The notes beneath the pieces were generated by a model that worked only from the letters and a program-made list of their open reading frames with translations, was not told the origin of the DNA and made no database searches. A program made the position numbers and the translations under genes. 64,000 nt of DNA from a bacterium (GTDB taxonomy: Bacteria; Patescibacteriota; Minisyncoccia; Minisyncoccales; CG1-02-41-26): positions 68,251 through 132,250 of the forward strand of contig JAUWWY010000001.1 in assembly GCA_030616605.1 (NCBI GenBank), in the 5' to 3' direction. Positions 46,191 to 55,238 of this stretch are shown here, one piece after another. Each line of letters begins with the position of its first letter. The stretch's first letter is position 1.

Positions 46191-47672
46191 ATGGACTACA
46201 AAACTACAATCGGCTTGGAAATTCATATTGAATTAAAAACGAATTCTAAGATGTTTTGTTCCTGTAAAAACGACTCAGACGAGAAAATTCCTAATCTTAA
46301 CATCTGTCCTATTTGTTTAGCTCATCCTGGAACCCTTCCGAATATTAATAAAGAGGCAATAAAAAAAGTAATAAAAACAGCTTTAGCTTTAAATTGTCAG
46401 ATTGAAAAAAACCCTTATTTTGAGAGAAAAAATTATTTTTATCCTGATTTGCCAAAAGGATATCAGATATCTCAGTATGCTCTGCCATTGAGTAAGAACG
46501 GTTATTTGGAAACCCCGATTCAAAAAGGATTTAAAAAGATTAAAATAGAAAGAATTCATCTTGAAGAAGATACAGGCAAATTAATTCATCCCCAGGGAAA
46601 AGATTATTCTCTGATAGATTTTAATCGAGCAGGAATTCCTTTAATGGAATTGGTAACCGAACCGGACATTGAATCAGCCAAGGAAGCCCGGGAGTTTGCT
46701 CGTCAGCTACAATTGATTTTAAGATATCTCGGGGTTTCTGAAGCCAATATGGAAAAAGGAGAGATGAGATGCGAAGTAAACATTTCATTAAGCCGGGAAA
46801 GAAAATTGGGGACAAAGGTTGAAATCAAGAATTTAAATTCTCTAAGAGCAGTGGAACAAGGAATTAAGTATGAAATTGAGCGGCAAAAAGGAATTTTAAA
46901 AAAAGGAGAGAAGATAATTCAAGAGACGATGGGTTGGGATGAAAGCCAGGAAAAGACTTTTTCCCAGAGAGAAAAAGAAGAATCTCATGATTATCGTTAT
47001 TTTCCAGAGCCCGATCTTCCTCCTCTGGAAATTAATAAAGAATTTTTAGAGGAGATTAAGATAGAAATTCCAGAACTTCCCCAAGCAAGAAAAGAGAGAT
47101 TTAAAAAAGAATATTATCTTTCGGAAAAAGAAATAAACCTTTATGTTTCTCAGAAAGATTTAGGCCAGTATTTTGAAAAAGTTATTTCAGAATTGAGAAA
47201 CTGGGTCAAAGAGAAAAAATTTAAAGAAAAGATAGGAACAAAAGAGTTTAAAAAATTGATTAAATTAGCCTCAAATTACATTTCAACAGACCTTCAAAGC
47301 CTTTTAAAAGGAAAATCTGTTGGGGATAAGAGCTTTTTAATAACCTCGGAAAACTTTGCTGAATTTATTACTCTGATTTATATTGGCGAGATTTCCAGCA
47401 AGATTGCCAAGACCCTTTTAAGGGCAATGTTTGAAACAGGAGGAGACCCTTCTCAGATTATTGAAGATAAAGGATTAAAATTAATAACTGATGAAAAACA
47501 AATTAAAAAAGTAGTTAAAGAAATAATTAAAAAAAACCAGAAAGCAGTTGATGATTACAAAAAAGGCAGAGAATCAGCTATTCAGTTTTTAGTAGGCCAG
47601 GTCATGGCTAAAACAAAAGGCACGGCTGGTCCGGAAAAAGTAATTGAGATATTAAAAAAACTTTTAAAGTGA
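46191..47672 (+). CDS. gatB: Asp/Glu-tRNA amidotransferase subunit B
   Basis: IGLEIH.EL.T.SKMFC, RKNYFYPDLPKGYQISQ, HLEEDTGK, DYRYFPEPDL. Confidence 0.98.
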   Translation: MDYKTTIGLEIHIELKTNSKMFCSCKNDSDEKIPNLNICPICLAHPGTLPNINKEAIKKVIKTALALNCQIEKNPYFERKNYFYPDLPKGYQISQYALPLSKNGYLETPIQKGFKKIKIERIHLEEDTGKLIHPQGKDYSLIDFNRAGIPLMELVTEPDIESAKEAREFARQLQLILRYLGVSEANMEKGEMRCEVNISLSRERKLGTKVEIKNLNSLRAVEQGIKYEIERQKGILKKGEKIIQETMGWDESQEKTFSQREKEESHDYRYFPEPDLPPLEINKEFLEEIKIEIPELPQARKERFKKEYYLSEKEINLYVSQKDLGQYFEKVISELRNWVKEKKFKEKIGTKEFKKLIKLASNYISTDLQSLLKGKSVGDKSFLITSENFAEFITLIYIGEISSKIAKTLLRAMFETGGDPSQIIEDKGLKLITDEKQIKKVVKEIIKKNQKAVDDYKKGRESAIQFLVGQVMAKTKGTAGPEKVIEILKKLLK

Positions 47673-48751
47673 AAAATTTAGCTTCTACTCAGAAATTATA
47701 TGAAAAAATAGCTGGGGGAGAGATAAAGGGTTTTACTGTCCCAGCTTTTAATATTCGAACTTTAACTTTTGATGTTGCTCGAGCTCTTTTTCGGGCAGCC
47801 AGAAAGGAAAGCGCTGGCGCTTTCATAATTGAATTAGCAAGGTCAGAGATAGATTATACAGGGCAGACAGTTGAAGAATACAGAAATTCAATTTTAAAAG
47901 CAGCTGAAAAAGAAAAATTTAAGGGAGCTATTTTTTTACAGGGCGATCATTTTAAGATAAACGATTTAGAGAATTTAATTAAAAGGGCAATTGAAAATGG
48001 TTTTTATAACATTGATATTGATTGTTCTTCTTTGCCACTCAAAGATAATTATGTAGAAACAGCAAAGTTTACTGCTTTTATTAGAAGTATAGAACCGAAA
48101 ACCGTTTCTATTTCTATTGGCGGGGAAGTAGGGGAAATAGGTGGTAAAAATACAACAGTTGAAGAATTTAAAGAGTTTATAAAGGGGTATAAAAATGAGC
48201 TTTCAAACTACGCTAATTTAAAAGGATTAATTAAAATTGCCATCCAAACTGGAACTTCTCATGGCGGTATTATGCTTCCGACAGGAGAAATGAAAATACC
48301 AGAAGAGGATTTTGAAACCCTTGCTGAAATTTCCCAGGAAGCTAAGAAATATGGCCTGGCTGGAGCTGTTCAGCACGGAGCTTCTACTTTACCAGGAGAA
48401 TACTTTGAAAGATTTCCAGAAACCAAAGCTTGTGAGATTCACTTAGCCACTATTTTTCAGAATATTATCTATGAAAGCGATTATTTTCCTCAAGATTTAA
48501 AAGAAAAAATTTATAAATGGTTAAGGAAAAAGTATTTTCAAGAAAAAAAAGAAACCGAAAATGAAATTCAGTTTCTTTATAGGACTAGAAAATATGCTTT
48601 AGGCCCTTTTAAAAAAGAAATTTGTAATATTCCTCAAAAAAATATTGACAGAATTTCCGAAGAATTAGAAGAGAAATTTATCTTTTTCTTTCAAAAATTA
48701 AATGTTTCTAATACCTCAGATTTAATCAAGGGTTTGACAAATATTAAATAA
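47669..48751 (+). CDS. Class II fructose-bisphosphate aldolase family protein
   Basis: VPAFN, LQGDH, GGEVGEIG, GTSHGG, VQHGASTL; GTG start overlaps gatB stop. Confidence 0.85.
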   Translation: MKNLASTQKLYEKIAGGEIKGFTVPAFNIRTLTFDVARALFRAARKESAGAFIIELARSEIDYTGQTVEEYRNSILKAAEKEKFKGAIFLQGDHFKINDLENLIKRAIENGFYNIDIDCSSLPLKDNYVETAKFTAFIRSIEPKTVSISIGGEVGEIGGKNTTVEEFKEFIKGYKNELSNYANLKGLIKIAIQTGTSHGGIMLPTGEMKIPEEDFETLAEISQEAKKYGLAGAVQHGASTLPGEYFERFPETKACEIHLATIFQNIIYESDYFPQDLKEKIYKWLRKKYFQEKKETENEIQFLYRTRKYALGPFKKEICNIPQKNIDRISEELEEKFIFFFQKLNVSNTSDLIKGLTNIK

Positions 48752-48802
48752 ACTGCTATAGTTTAAAACAATTGAACATTAACAAAAAGAAAGGATTAGA
48801 AA

Positions 48803-49165
48803 ATGAGAAACGTTTATTCTTTTAAGGGAGAAATCCTGACTATTCCGGCTAAAATGAGAAGAAAGATAGATAGGGAGGTGGTAATTATTGGATTCCGTAG
48901 GGAGTGCATTTTTATATATCCTCAAAATAAATGGGCAAGGTTAAAAGAAAAATTAGAAGAAGAATTGTCTTCATTTAAGAAAGGAGTTGAACTTCGACAA
49001 TTCAAAAGAGCCATGTTTTCACAAGTCTGGAAGGTAAGTCTTAACCGACAGGGAAGAATTTCAATTCCTTCCCAGTTGAGAAAACATAATTGCCTGAGAG
49101 GCTCAAAAATAATCATAACTTATAATTGGCAAAGGGATAGGATTGAAATAAGAAATACTAAATAG
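48803..49165 (+). CDS. MraZ-like (SpoVT/AbrB) protein, divergent
   Basis: IPAKMR..CIFIYP..W..L; LNRQGRISIPSQLR..RIEI; not in a dcw cluster. Confidence 0.65.
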   Translation: MRNVYSFKGEILTIPAKMRRKIDREVVIIGFRRECIFIYPQNKWARLKEKLEEELSSFKKGVELRQFKRAMFSQVWKVSLNRQGRISIPSQLRKHNCLRGSKIIITYNWQRDRIEIRNTK

Positions 49166-49208
49166 GGATAGTTTCATTAAAACAAAAGTTGGAACTATCC
49201 CTTTTTTT
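49163..49208. terminator. Terminator hairpin between mraZ-like gene and miaA
   Basis: AGGGATAGTTTC...GGAACTATCCCT-TTTTTT. Confidence 0.7.
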
Positions 49209-50091
49209 ACCTCAAAAAATTTTTAATTAATTTTTCAGCTTCCTTATAATTTTTTATCCAGTTGATTTTTTTATCTTTTTTAAACCAGGTCATCTGGCGC
49301 TTAGAGAACTTTTCAATGTCTTTTTGAAGATTTTTTATCATTTTTTCCCGGCTTATCTTATTCTGAAGATATCTGGCAATCCAACGATATTCTAATCCAA
49401 ATTCTTCAAGGCGTTTCCAATTAACTCCCTCCTGAAGGAGTTTTTTTACTTCCTCAATCATTCCCTGTTCAAATCTTTTTTTTAATCTCATTTTGATTAA
49501 ATGATTTAATTCTTTTTTTGATTTTTTAATCCCAATCAATAAGCAATTAAATTTTGGATTTTTTTCTAATGGAGGAACCTTTCCTAATTTTTTGGCAATT
49601 TCAATTGCTCTAACCAATCTTCTTTTGTTTTCTTTTTCAATTGTTTTAGCTCGTTCCTTATCAAGTTTTTTTAACATTTCAAAAAGCTCTTTGGCTGTTT
49701 TCTTTTCTAGCTTTTCTCTAAGTTTCATATCCGGTTTTAGTTTTGGGAAAAGCCAGTTTTCAATTATTGAATAAAGATAAAAAGGAGAGCCGCCAACCAG
49801 AAAAGGAACTTTTCCTTTTTTAAAAATTTTTTCAATAGTTCCTAAAGCTAATTTTTGATACTGAACCACTGAAAAGCGTTTTTTTGGGGAAACAATGTCT
49901 AAAAGATAATGGGGGATATTTTCCATTTCTTTTTTGGTTATTTTTCCGGTACCAAGGTCCATACCTTTATAAACTTGTCTCGAGTCAGCAGAAACAATCT
50001 CACTATTAAATTTCTTAGCCAGTTTTATTGAGAGTTCGGTTTTTCCCGAGGCAGTTAGTCCCAAAATAACAATTAGTTTTTTTCTTGACAT
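49207..50091 (-). CDS. miaA: tRNA dimethylallyltransferase
   Basis: G.TASGKT, SADSRQVY.GMD.GTGK, VGGS..Y, KRQMTWF. Confidence 0.96.
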   Translation of the reverse strand: MSRKKLIVILGLTASGKTELSIKLAKKFNSEIVSADSRQVYKGMDLGTGKITKKEMENIPHYLLDIVSPKKRFSVVQYQKLALGTIEKIFKKGKVPFLVGGSPFYLYSIIENWLFPKLKPDMKLREKLEKKTAKELFEMLKKLDKERAKTIEKENKRRLVRAIEIAKKLGKVPPLEKNPKFNCLLIGIKKSKKELNHLIKMRLKKRFEQGMIEEVKKLLQEGVNWKRLEEFGLEYRWIARYLQNKISREKMIKNLQKDIEKFSKRQMTWFKKDKKINWIKNYKEAEKLIKNFLR

Positions 50092-50155
50092 AAAAGAATA
50101 AAAAAGTTAAAGTCAAACATATTTAAAAATTTAATAGGATAGAAAGGAAAGAAAA

Positions 50156-50635
50156 ATGAAAGTTCTCTGGGGATTTATAAACTGGTTTCTTGTTTTAACC
50201 TGGACTGATATGGCAACGATTTCTTGGTACCGGGCAGGGGAAAAAGAATTATACACTCTCTTAGTTATGATGATAGCTTCAACCTTATCAATATCAATAA
50301 GTTATGGAGTTTTTACAGGAATAATTTGGCTGATAAGGGGTTTTTTAAAGAAGTTAAAGGTTGAAAAGAATGAATTAAGAGAAGATTTTCCCTTGAAAAA
50401 TCATAAGGTGTCTGAAAAATGGGTAGAAAGGTTAATTAATAAGTTGAACCGCCATAGATACCTTGTTTTGTTTGCTCTTAATCTTGTTCCCTATATGCCC
50501 TATCTAACCGCAGCTACGGTCATTACTGCCAAGCTAATGAAAATTCCCTATGGGTTACCTGTTATCCTTGCCGGAAATGCGCTAAAGGTATATTTTCTAA
50601 CAACCATAATCTATATGATAGGAAATGGTCTCTAA
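50156..50635 (+). CDS. Hypothetical membrane protein
   Basis: Several hydrophobic segments, SD GAAAGGA, own promoter and terminator; inserted antisense between miaB and miaA. Confidence 0.65.
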   Translation: MKVLWGFINWFLVLTWTDMATISWYRAGEKELYTLLVMMIASTLSISISYGVFTGIIWLIRGFLKKLKVEKNELREDFPLKNHKVSEKWVERLINKLNRHRYLVLFALNLVPYMPYLTAATVITAKLMKIPYGLPVILAGNALKVYFLTTIIYMIGNGL

Positions 50636-50639
50636 GTGC

Positions 50640-51875
50640 CTATATTAAATTTGATATAGGCACTTTTTTTAATGATTGTCCCTGAAGTCCCCAGGAAAGG
50701 GCATTAATTACTTTTATTTTAACAAATTTTCCAATTATATCTTTTGGGCTCTTGAATTTTACTGTTTTGTAATGGAAAGATTTAGCAATTATAAAATCAT
50801 CATTCCATTTTAAAGGAAGAACTTCAACAATTACTCCAATAAAAGTTTTATTTTTATCTAAAGCGGTTTGTTTCAGAATTTCAGTTAAAATTCTTTCTCT
50901 TTCTTTTTTTTCTGGTTTTGGAACATTATCTTCCATTTTAGCCGCTGCTGTACCTGGTCTGACTGAATATTGGGAAATATAAGCCATGTCATATTTGATT
51001 TCTTTTAATAAATTAACAGTATTTTTAAACTGGGTTTTTGTTTCTCCTGGAAAACCAACTATAACATCGGTAGATAAAGTAATATCCGGGATTTTCTTAC
51101 GAATTTTTTTAACCAACTCTCTATATTCCTCAATTTTATAATTTCTGTTCATCTTTTTTAAAATCTCATTATCTCCGGACTGAACCGGTAAATTCAAATA
51201 AGGACTTATTTTTTCGCACTCAGTCATTATCTCAATTAACTCATTGGAAAAATCTCTTGGCTGTGGAGAAGTAAATCTAATCCAGAAATTTCCTGGAATA
51301 TTATTTAGCATCTTTAAAAGTTTTGGGAAATTAATATTTTTGTTTCTATAACTGTTGACATTTTGTCCTAATAGCCATATTTCTTTATAACCCTTATCAA
51401 TAAGATTTTTAGCTTCAATTAGAATATCTTCAGCTGCTCGGCAAACTTCTGAACCTCGAGTATAAGGGATAACACAGTAACTGCAAAAATAATTACAACC
51501 AGTAGAAATAGGAATATAAGCCAGCGGAAAACAAGAATATCTTGGCTCAATTTCCAAGTTGGCTTTTGACAAATCTTTGATGTCTAAAATATAATCAAAA
51601 TGTTGAGCCAATTTTTTTCTGTCTTTTTTAAGAATACAGCCTGTTAAGATAGTTTGTAATTTGTAGTTGGTAGTTTTTAGTTTGTTGAATTTAGGGATAA
51701 GTCCATAAATCCTATCAACTGCTGATTGGCGAACAGAACACATATTAACTATAATTAAACCAGCTCTATCTATTTTTAGAGCTTTTTTATAACCGACTTT
51801 TTCAAAAACAGTAGCAATTCTCTCACTATCTGAGCAATTCATTTGACACCCATAAGTAATAATATGATATTTCAT
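50640..51875 (-). CDS. miaB: tRNA-2-methylthio-N6-dimethylallyladenosine synthase (methylthiotransferase)
   Basis: TYGCQMN..DSE, NMCSVR, radical SAM GCNYFCSYC, LLGQNVNSY, PVQSG, DVIVGFPGET, TRAM domain. Confidence 0.92.
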   Translation of the reverse strand: MKYHIITYGCQMNCSDSERIATVFEKVGYKKALKIDRAGLIIVNMCSVRQSAVDRIYGLIPKFNKLKTTNYKLQTILTGCILKKDRKKLAQHFDYILDIKDLSKANLEIEPRYSCFPLAYIPISTGCNYFCSYCVIPYTRGSEVCRAAEDILIEAKNLIDKGYKEIWLLGQNVNSYRNKNINFPKLLKMLNNIPGNFWIRFTSPQPRDFSNELIEIMTECEKISPYLNLPVQSGDNEILKKMNRNYKIEEYRELVKKIRKKIPDITLSTDVIVGFPGETKTQFKNTVNLLKEIKYDMAYISQYSVRPGTAAAKMEDNVPKPEKKERERILTEILKQTALDKNKTFIGVIVEVLPLKWNDDFIIAKSFHYKTVKFKSPKDIIGKFVKIKVINALSWGLQGQSLKKVPISNLI

Positions 51876-51966
51876 ATCACTAATCTTAACAAATTCTTTT
51901 ATTTACTTCAATTCAAAAACCCCACCGAAGGGCAGGGTTTTTGGACTCAGATGGAGAACTGATTTA

Positions 51967-53442
51967 TTATTCTTTTTCGCAGTCTTTAGGACAATAAAGC
52001 AGTCCACAGTCATTGGTACAGCTTACCTTAGACGGACCAGCGCCTTCACTAATTATTTCTTCAGAACATACACTGGGAGTACAGAATTCAAATGACTCAC
52101 AAATACCATCGCCACAGGCAGCACAATGAGTTTCTTGTTTATTATTTCTAGTATAGACAGCACATTTCCTTTCTAAAGTTTTACAGGCTCCCTGGTGGGC
52201 AATTTCAACTCCACTTGCTTCAATCCAGCATTTATTACTGTAGGTTTTTCCATCATTTCCGCAAACCGGGTCCCAGAGAACAATACATGTTACAGCCCCC
52301 TTTTCTTTTATTTGTTTTTCTCCAGGTATTATACATTTTGGAGGCATAAGACAACCCTTGGCATCTCTTTTTATTACAATTCTTCCTTGTTTACAAAAAC
52401 CAGGAGCTGGAGGCATAAATTGCGGACATTCTTCTCTTTTTATTTGAATTGGAATCTTCTCCATGATTTCTTCTCTTAGTTCCTTTAATTCTTCCTTAAT
52501 TCCTACCTCTTCTTTCAACTCTGATTTAATATCTTCAAGAATTTCCATTTTAGTTTCTGCTTTCACTCCAATTTTTTCAATATAATCTTTAAATTTTTCC
52601 TGGGTTTCAACTGGCATCTCTTCTAATTCCTCTTTTAGTTTTATCAGGGTATTTTCTCTAGCTTCTCTAATTGCTTCTTTTGCTTGCTCTGGCACTTTTT
52701 CTTCCAAATTCTTTAAGATTTCCAGGTTTTTGAAACCTTTAAATTCACTACCCTTAACTTTTTCCAAATTGTTTTCCAATCTTTGAGCAATTTCTGTTTT
52801 TTCTTCTAATTTTTGCATTACCTCACCAAATCTTTGGAGATGGTTTTCTCTGGCTTCTTCTATTTTTTCAAAAGCTTGTTCCGGAACCTGTTCTTCCAGT
52901 TTCTCAAGAATTTTCTGATGTAAAACCTGATGTTTTATAAATTTATCTAAAAATTTTCCAACCTCTATATTTTGACTAGCTTTTTCTTCAATTTTTTCAG
53001 CTATTTCTTTAACTTTATTAATTTCATTTTCGTAATTTTCAACAGCTTTTTCAATAACTTCGGGAATGTCTGTTTTTTCAACCAATTTTCTTGCTTCCAG
53101 AAGTTTTTCTGATGCGTATCTTGCTCTAAGATTTACTTTCTTTACTTGATTGAAAGTAAAAAAGCTCCTTATTCCTCTTTGCCAATTTTTTAGAAAATAA
53201 AAAGGGCTATCAGGCAGTAATTTTGGTTCCGAAGCTTCAAGATCAGAAGCTGTAACATCTTCATCAAGGGCTACTTCTTCGTCTGCTGTTATTTCGTCTA
53301 GACTAATAATGATATCCTTGGCGGAATCATCAGCTTCTCCCTGGATTGATTCATCAAGGTCTATTTCTTGGGCTAAAGCAATTAAAGCGAAGCCAAAAAC
53401 CAAGACGAGACTTAAAATAAAGATTTTTGTTAGTTTGAACAT
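51967..53442 (-). CDS. Secreted DUF5667-like coiled-coil protein with Kazal-type and Cys-rich C-terminal domains
   Basis: Signal peptide; LLPDSPFYFLK.W.R motif; Kazal C...WDPVCGNDGKTYSNKC..HQGAC; CGDGICE. Confidence 0.75.
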   Translation of the reverse strand: MFKLTKIFILSLVLVFGFALIALAQEIDLDESIQGEADDSAKDIIISLDEITADEEVALDEDVTASDLEASEPKLLPDSPFYFLKNWQRGIRSFFTFNQVKKVNLRARYASEKLLEARKLVEKTDIPEVIEKAVENYENEINKVKEIAEKIEEKASQNIEVGKFLDKFIKHQVLHQKILEKLEEQVPEQAFEKIEEARENHLQRFGEVMQKLEEKTEIAQRLENNLEKVKGSEFKGFKNLEILKNLEEKVPEQAKEAIREARENTLIKLKEELEEMPVETQEKFKDYIEKIGVKAETKMEILEDIKSELKEEVGIKEELKELREEIMEKIPIQIKREECPQFMPPAPGFCKQGRIVIKRDAKGCLMPPKCIIPGEKQIKEKGAVTCIVLWDPVCGNDGKTYSNKCWIEASGVEIAHQGACKTLERKCAVYTRNNKQETHCAACGDGICESFEFCTPSVCSEEIISEGAGPSKVSCTNDCGLLYCPKDCEKE

Positions 53443-53460
53443 ATTTTTGACATTTAAGCT

Positions 53461-55224
53461 TTAAGCTTCGACCTTTTTTTCTATTCTTATATTTGCTTTC
53501 TTTAAAAATTTTGTCAAGGATATTTCACCGATATCTCCTTTCTCTCTTTTTCTTACTCTGACTGTTTTATTTTTTATTTCTTTGTCGCCGACTACCAAAA
53601 GATAGGGGATTTTTTGAATTTCTCCCTGTCGGATTTTTTTGGAAACAGTTTCGGCTTCAGTTTTTGCTTCAGCTCGTAATCCCTCTTCTTTTAACTTTTT
53701 GGCAATTTCTTTTGCGTATTTTCTATGTTCAGAACCAACCGGAATTACCCAGATTTGAATAGGAGCCAACCATAAGGGAAAAGCTCCGGCATAATGTTCA
53801 ATTAAAACCCCAAAAAATCTTTCCATTGAACCTAAAAGAGCCCGATGAATCATATATGGTTCTTTTTTTTTGCCTTTTCTATCAACATAAGTCATTTTGA
53901 ATCTCGCTGGCAAATTAAAATCAAATTGAATAGTGGTACACTGCCAGTCTCTTCCAATAGAATCCTTTATCTTAATATCAATTTTGGGGCCATAAAAAAC
54001 ACCTCCGCCTGGATCAATCTGATATTTTAATTTGAGATTTTTAAGAACATATTCAAGGGTCTTAGTTGCTTTTTGCCAGTTCTTAATAGTTCCGACATAC
54101 TTTTTAGGACGAGTAGAAAGATAGATATTATATTCCTTAAAACCGAAATCTTTTAGCATTTTAATAGCGTCTTTAACAAGTTTAACGGTTTCTTCAGTCA
54201 TCTGGTCAGAAGTACAAATTATATGAGCATCATCTTGGGTAAAACCACGAACTCGAATTAATCCGTGCAGGGTTCCAGAACGTTCATAGCGATAGACTGT
54301 TCCTAATTCTGCATATTTTATAGGCAAATCTCTGTAGCTTCTAATTTTAGAGTTATAGACACAAACATGAAAAGGGCAATTCATTGGCTTTAACAGATAT
54401 TCTTCTTTTATCTTGGCTTTTTTTCCTTTTTGGACATCTTCCAAACTTTGTCCAATCTCTAGAGGAGGATACATACTTTCGTTATAAAAGTTCCAATGAC
54501 CAGAAGTTTCCCATAATTTTCTACTTCCAATATGAGGAGTATAAAGCCATTGATATCCTTTTTCAGTTAATTCTTGATACAAATAATTTTCTATTATTTT
54601 TCTTAAAGTCGCTCCTTTAGGAAGCCAAATTGGCAAACCAGCGCCTATTTGTTCATTAATCATAAATAATTCTAATTTTTGACCTAAGGACCGGTGGTCT
54701 CGTTTTTCTGCTTCTTTTTTGAATTTTAAGTGCTTTTCCAGTTCTTTTTTATTTTTAAAAGCCAAACCGTAAATTCTGGTTAACATGGGCTTTTTTTCAT
54801 TGCCTTTCCAATAAGCACCAGCGATTTTAGTCAGTTTAAAACTATTTTCAAGAATCTCTCTGGTTGATTTTAGATGGGGTCCCTTACACAAGTCCAGAAA
54901 ATCACCACTCTCATAAATAGAAACAGTTTTAGTTGTTAGTTCATCAATCAATTCTAATTTATAGGGCTGTTTTTTAAATATTTTTTTTGCTTCATTTCTG
55001 GAGATGATTTTCTTTTTAAATTTAATATCTTTTTTGATTAATTCTTTCATCTTTTTTTCAATTTTAATTAAATCTTCAGGAGTTATAGATTTTGGCAAAT
55101 CAAAGTCATAGTAGAACCCATTTTCAATAGAAGGTCCAATACCAAATTTTACCCCTGGATAGAGTTCTTGAACTGCTTGAGCCAATATATGAGCAAGTGA
55201 GTGACGAAGAGTTTCAATTTTCAT
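53461..55224 (-). CDS. thrS: Threonine--tRNA ligase (lacks N-terminal TGS domain)
   Basis: RHSLAH, DLCKGPH, KPMNCPFH, RVRGFTQDDAH, FYGPKID, HRALLGS.ERF; start at 55224 or 55242. Confidence 0.97.
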   Translation of the reverse strand: MKIETLRHSLAHILAQAVQELYPGVKFGIGPSIENGFYYDFDLPKSITPEDLIKIEKKMKELIKKDIKFKKKIISRNEAKKIFKKQPYKLELIDELTTKTVSIYESGDFLDLCKGPHLKSTREILENSFKLTKIAGAYWKGNEKKPMLTRIYGLAFKNKKELEKHLKFKKEAEKRDHRSLGQKLELFMINEQIGAGLPIWLPKGATLRKIIENYLYQELTEKGYQWLYTPHIGSRKLWETSGHWNFYNESMYPPLEIGQSLEDVQKGKKAKIKEEYLLKPMNCPFHVCVYNSKIRSYRDLPIKYAELGTVYRYERSGTLHGLIRVRGFTQDDAHIICTSDQMTEETVKLVKDAIKMLKDFGFKEYNIYLSTRPKKYVGTIKNWQKATKTLEYVLKNLKLKYQIDPGGGVFYGPKIDIKIKDSIGRDWQCTTIQFDFNLPARFKMTYVDRKGKKKEPYMIHRALLGSMERFFGVLIEHYAGAFPLWLAPIQIWVIPVGSEHRKYAKEIAKKLKEEGLRAEAKTEAETVSKKIRQGEIQKIPYLLVVGDKEIKNKTVRVRKREKGDIGEISLTKFLKKANIRIEKKVEA

Positions 55225-55238
55225 AAGTTTTTGTATTT

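Noticed and set aside
48803..49165. Canonical mraZ of the dcw cluster
   Set aside because: Short, divergent and not followed by rsmH/ftsL, so it is left as MraZ-like without a gene symbol.
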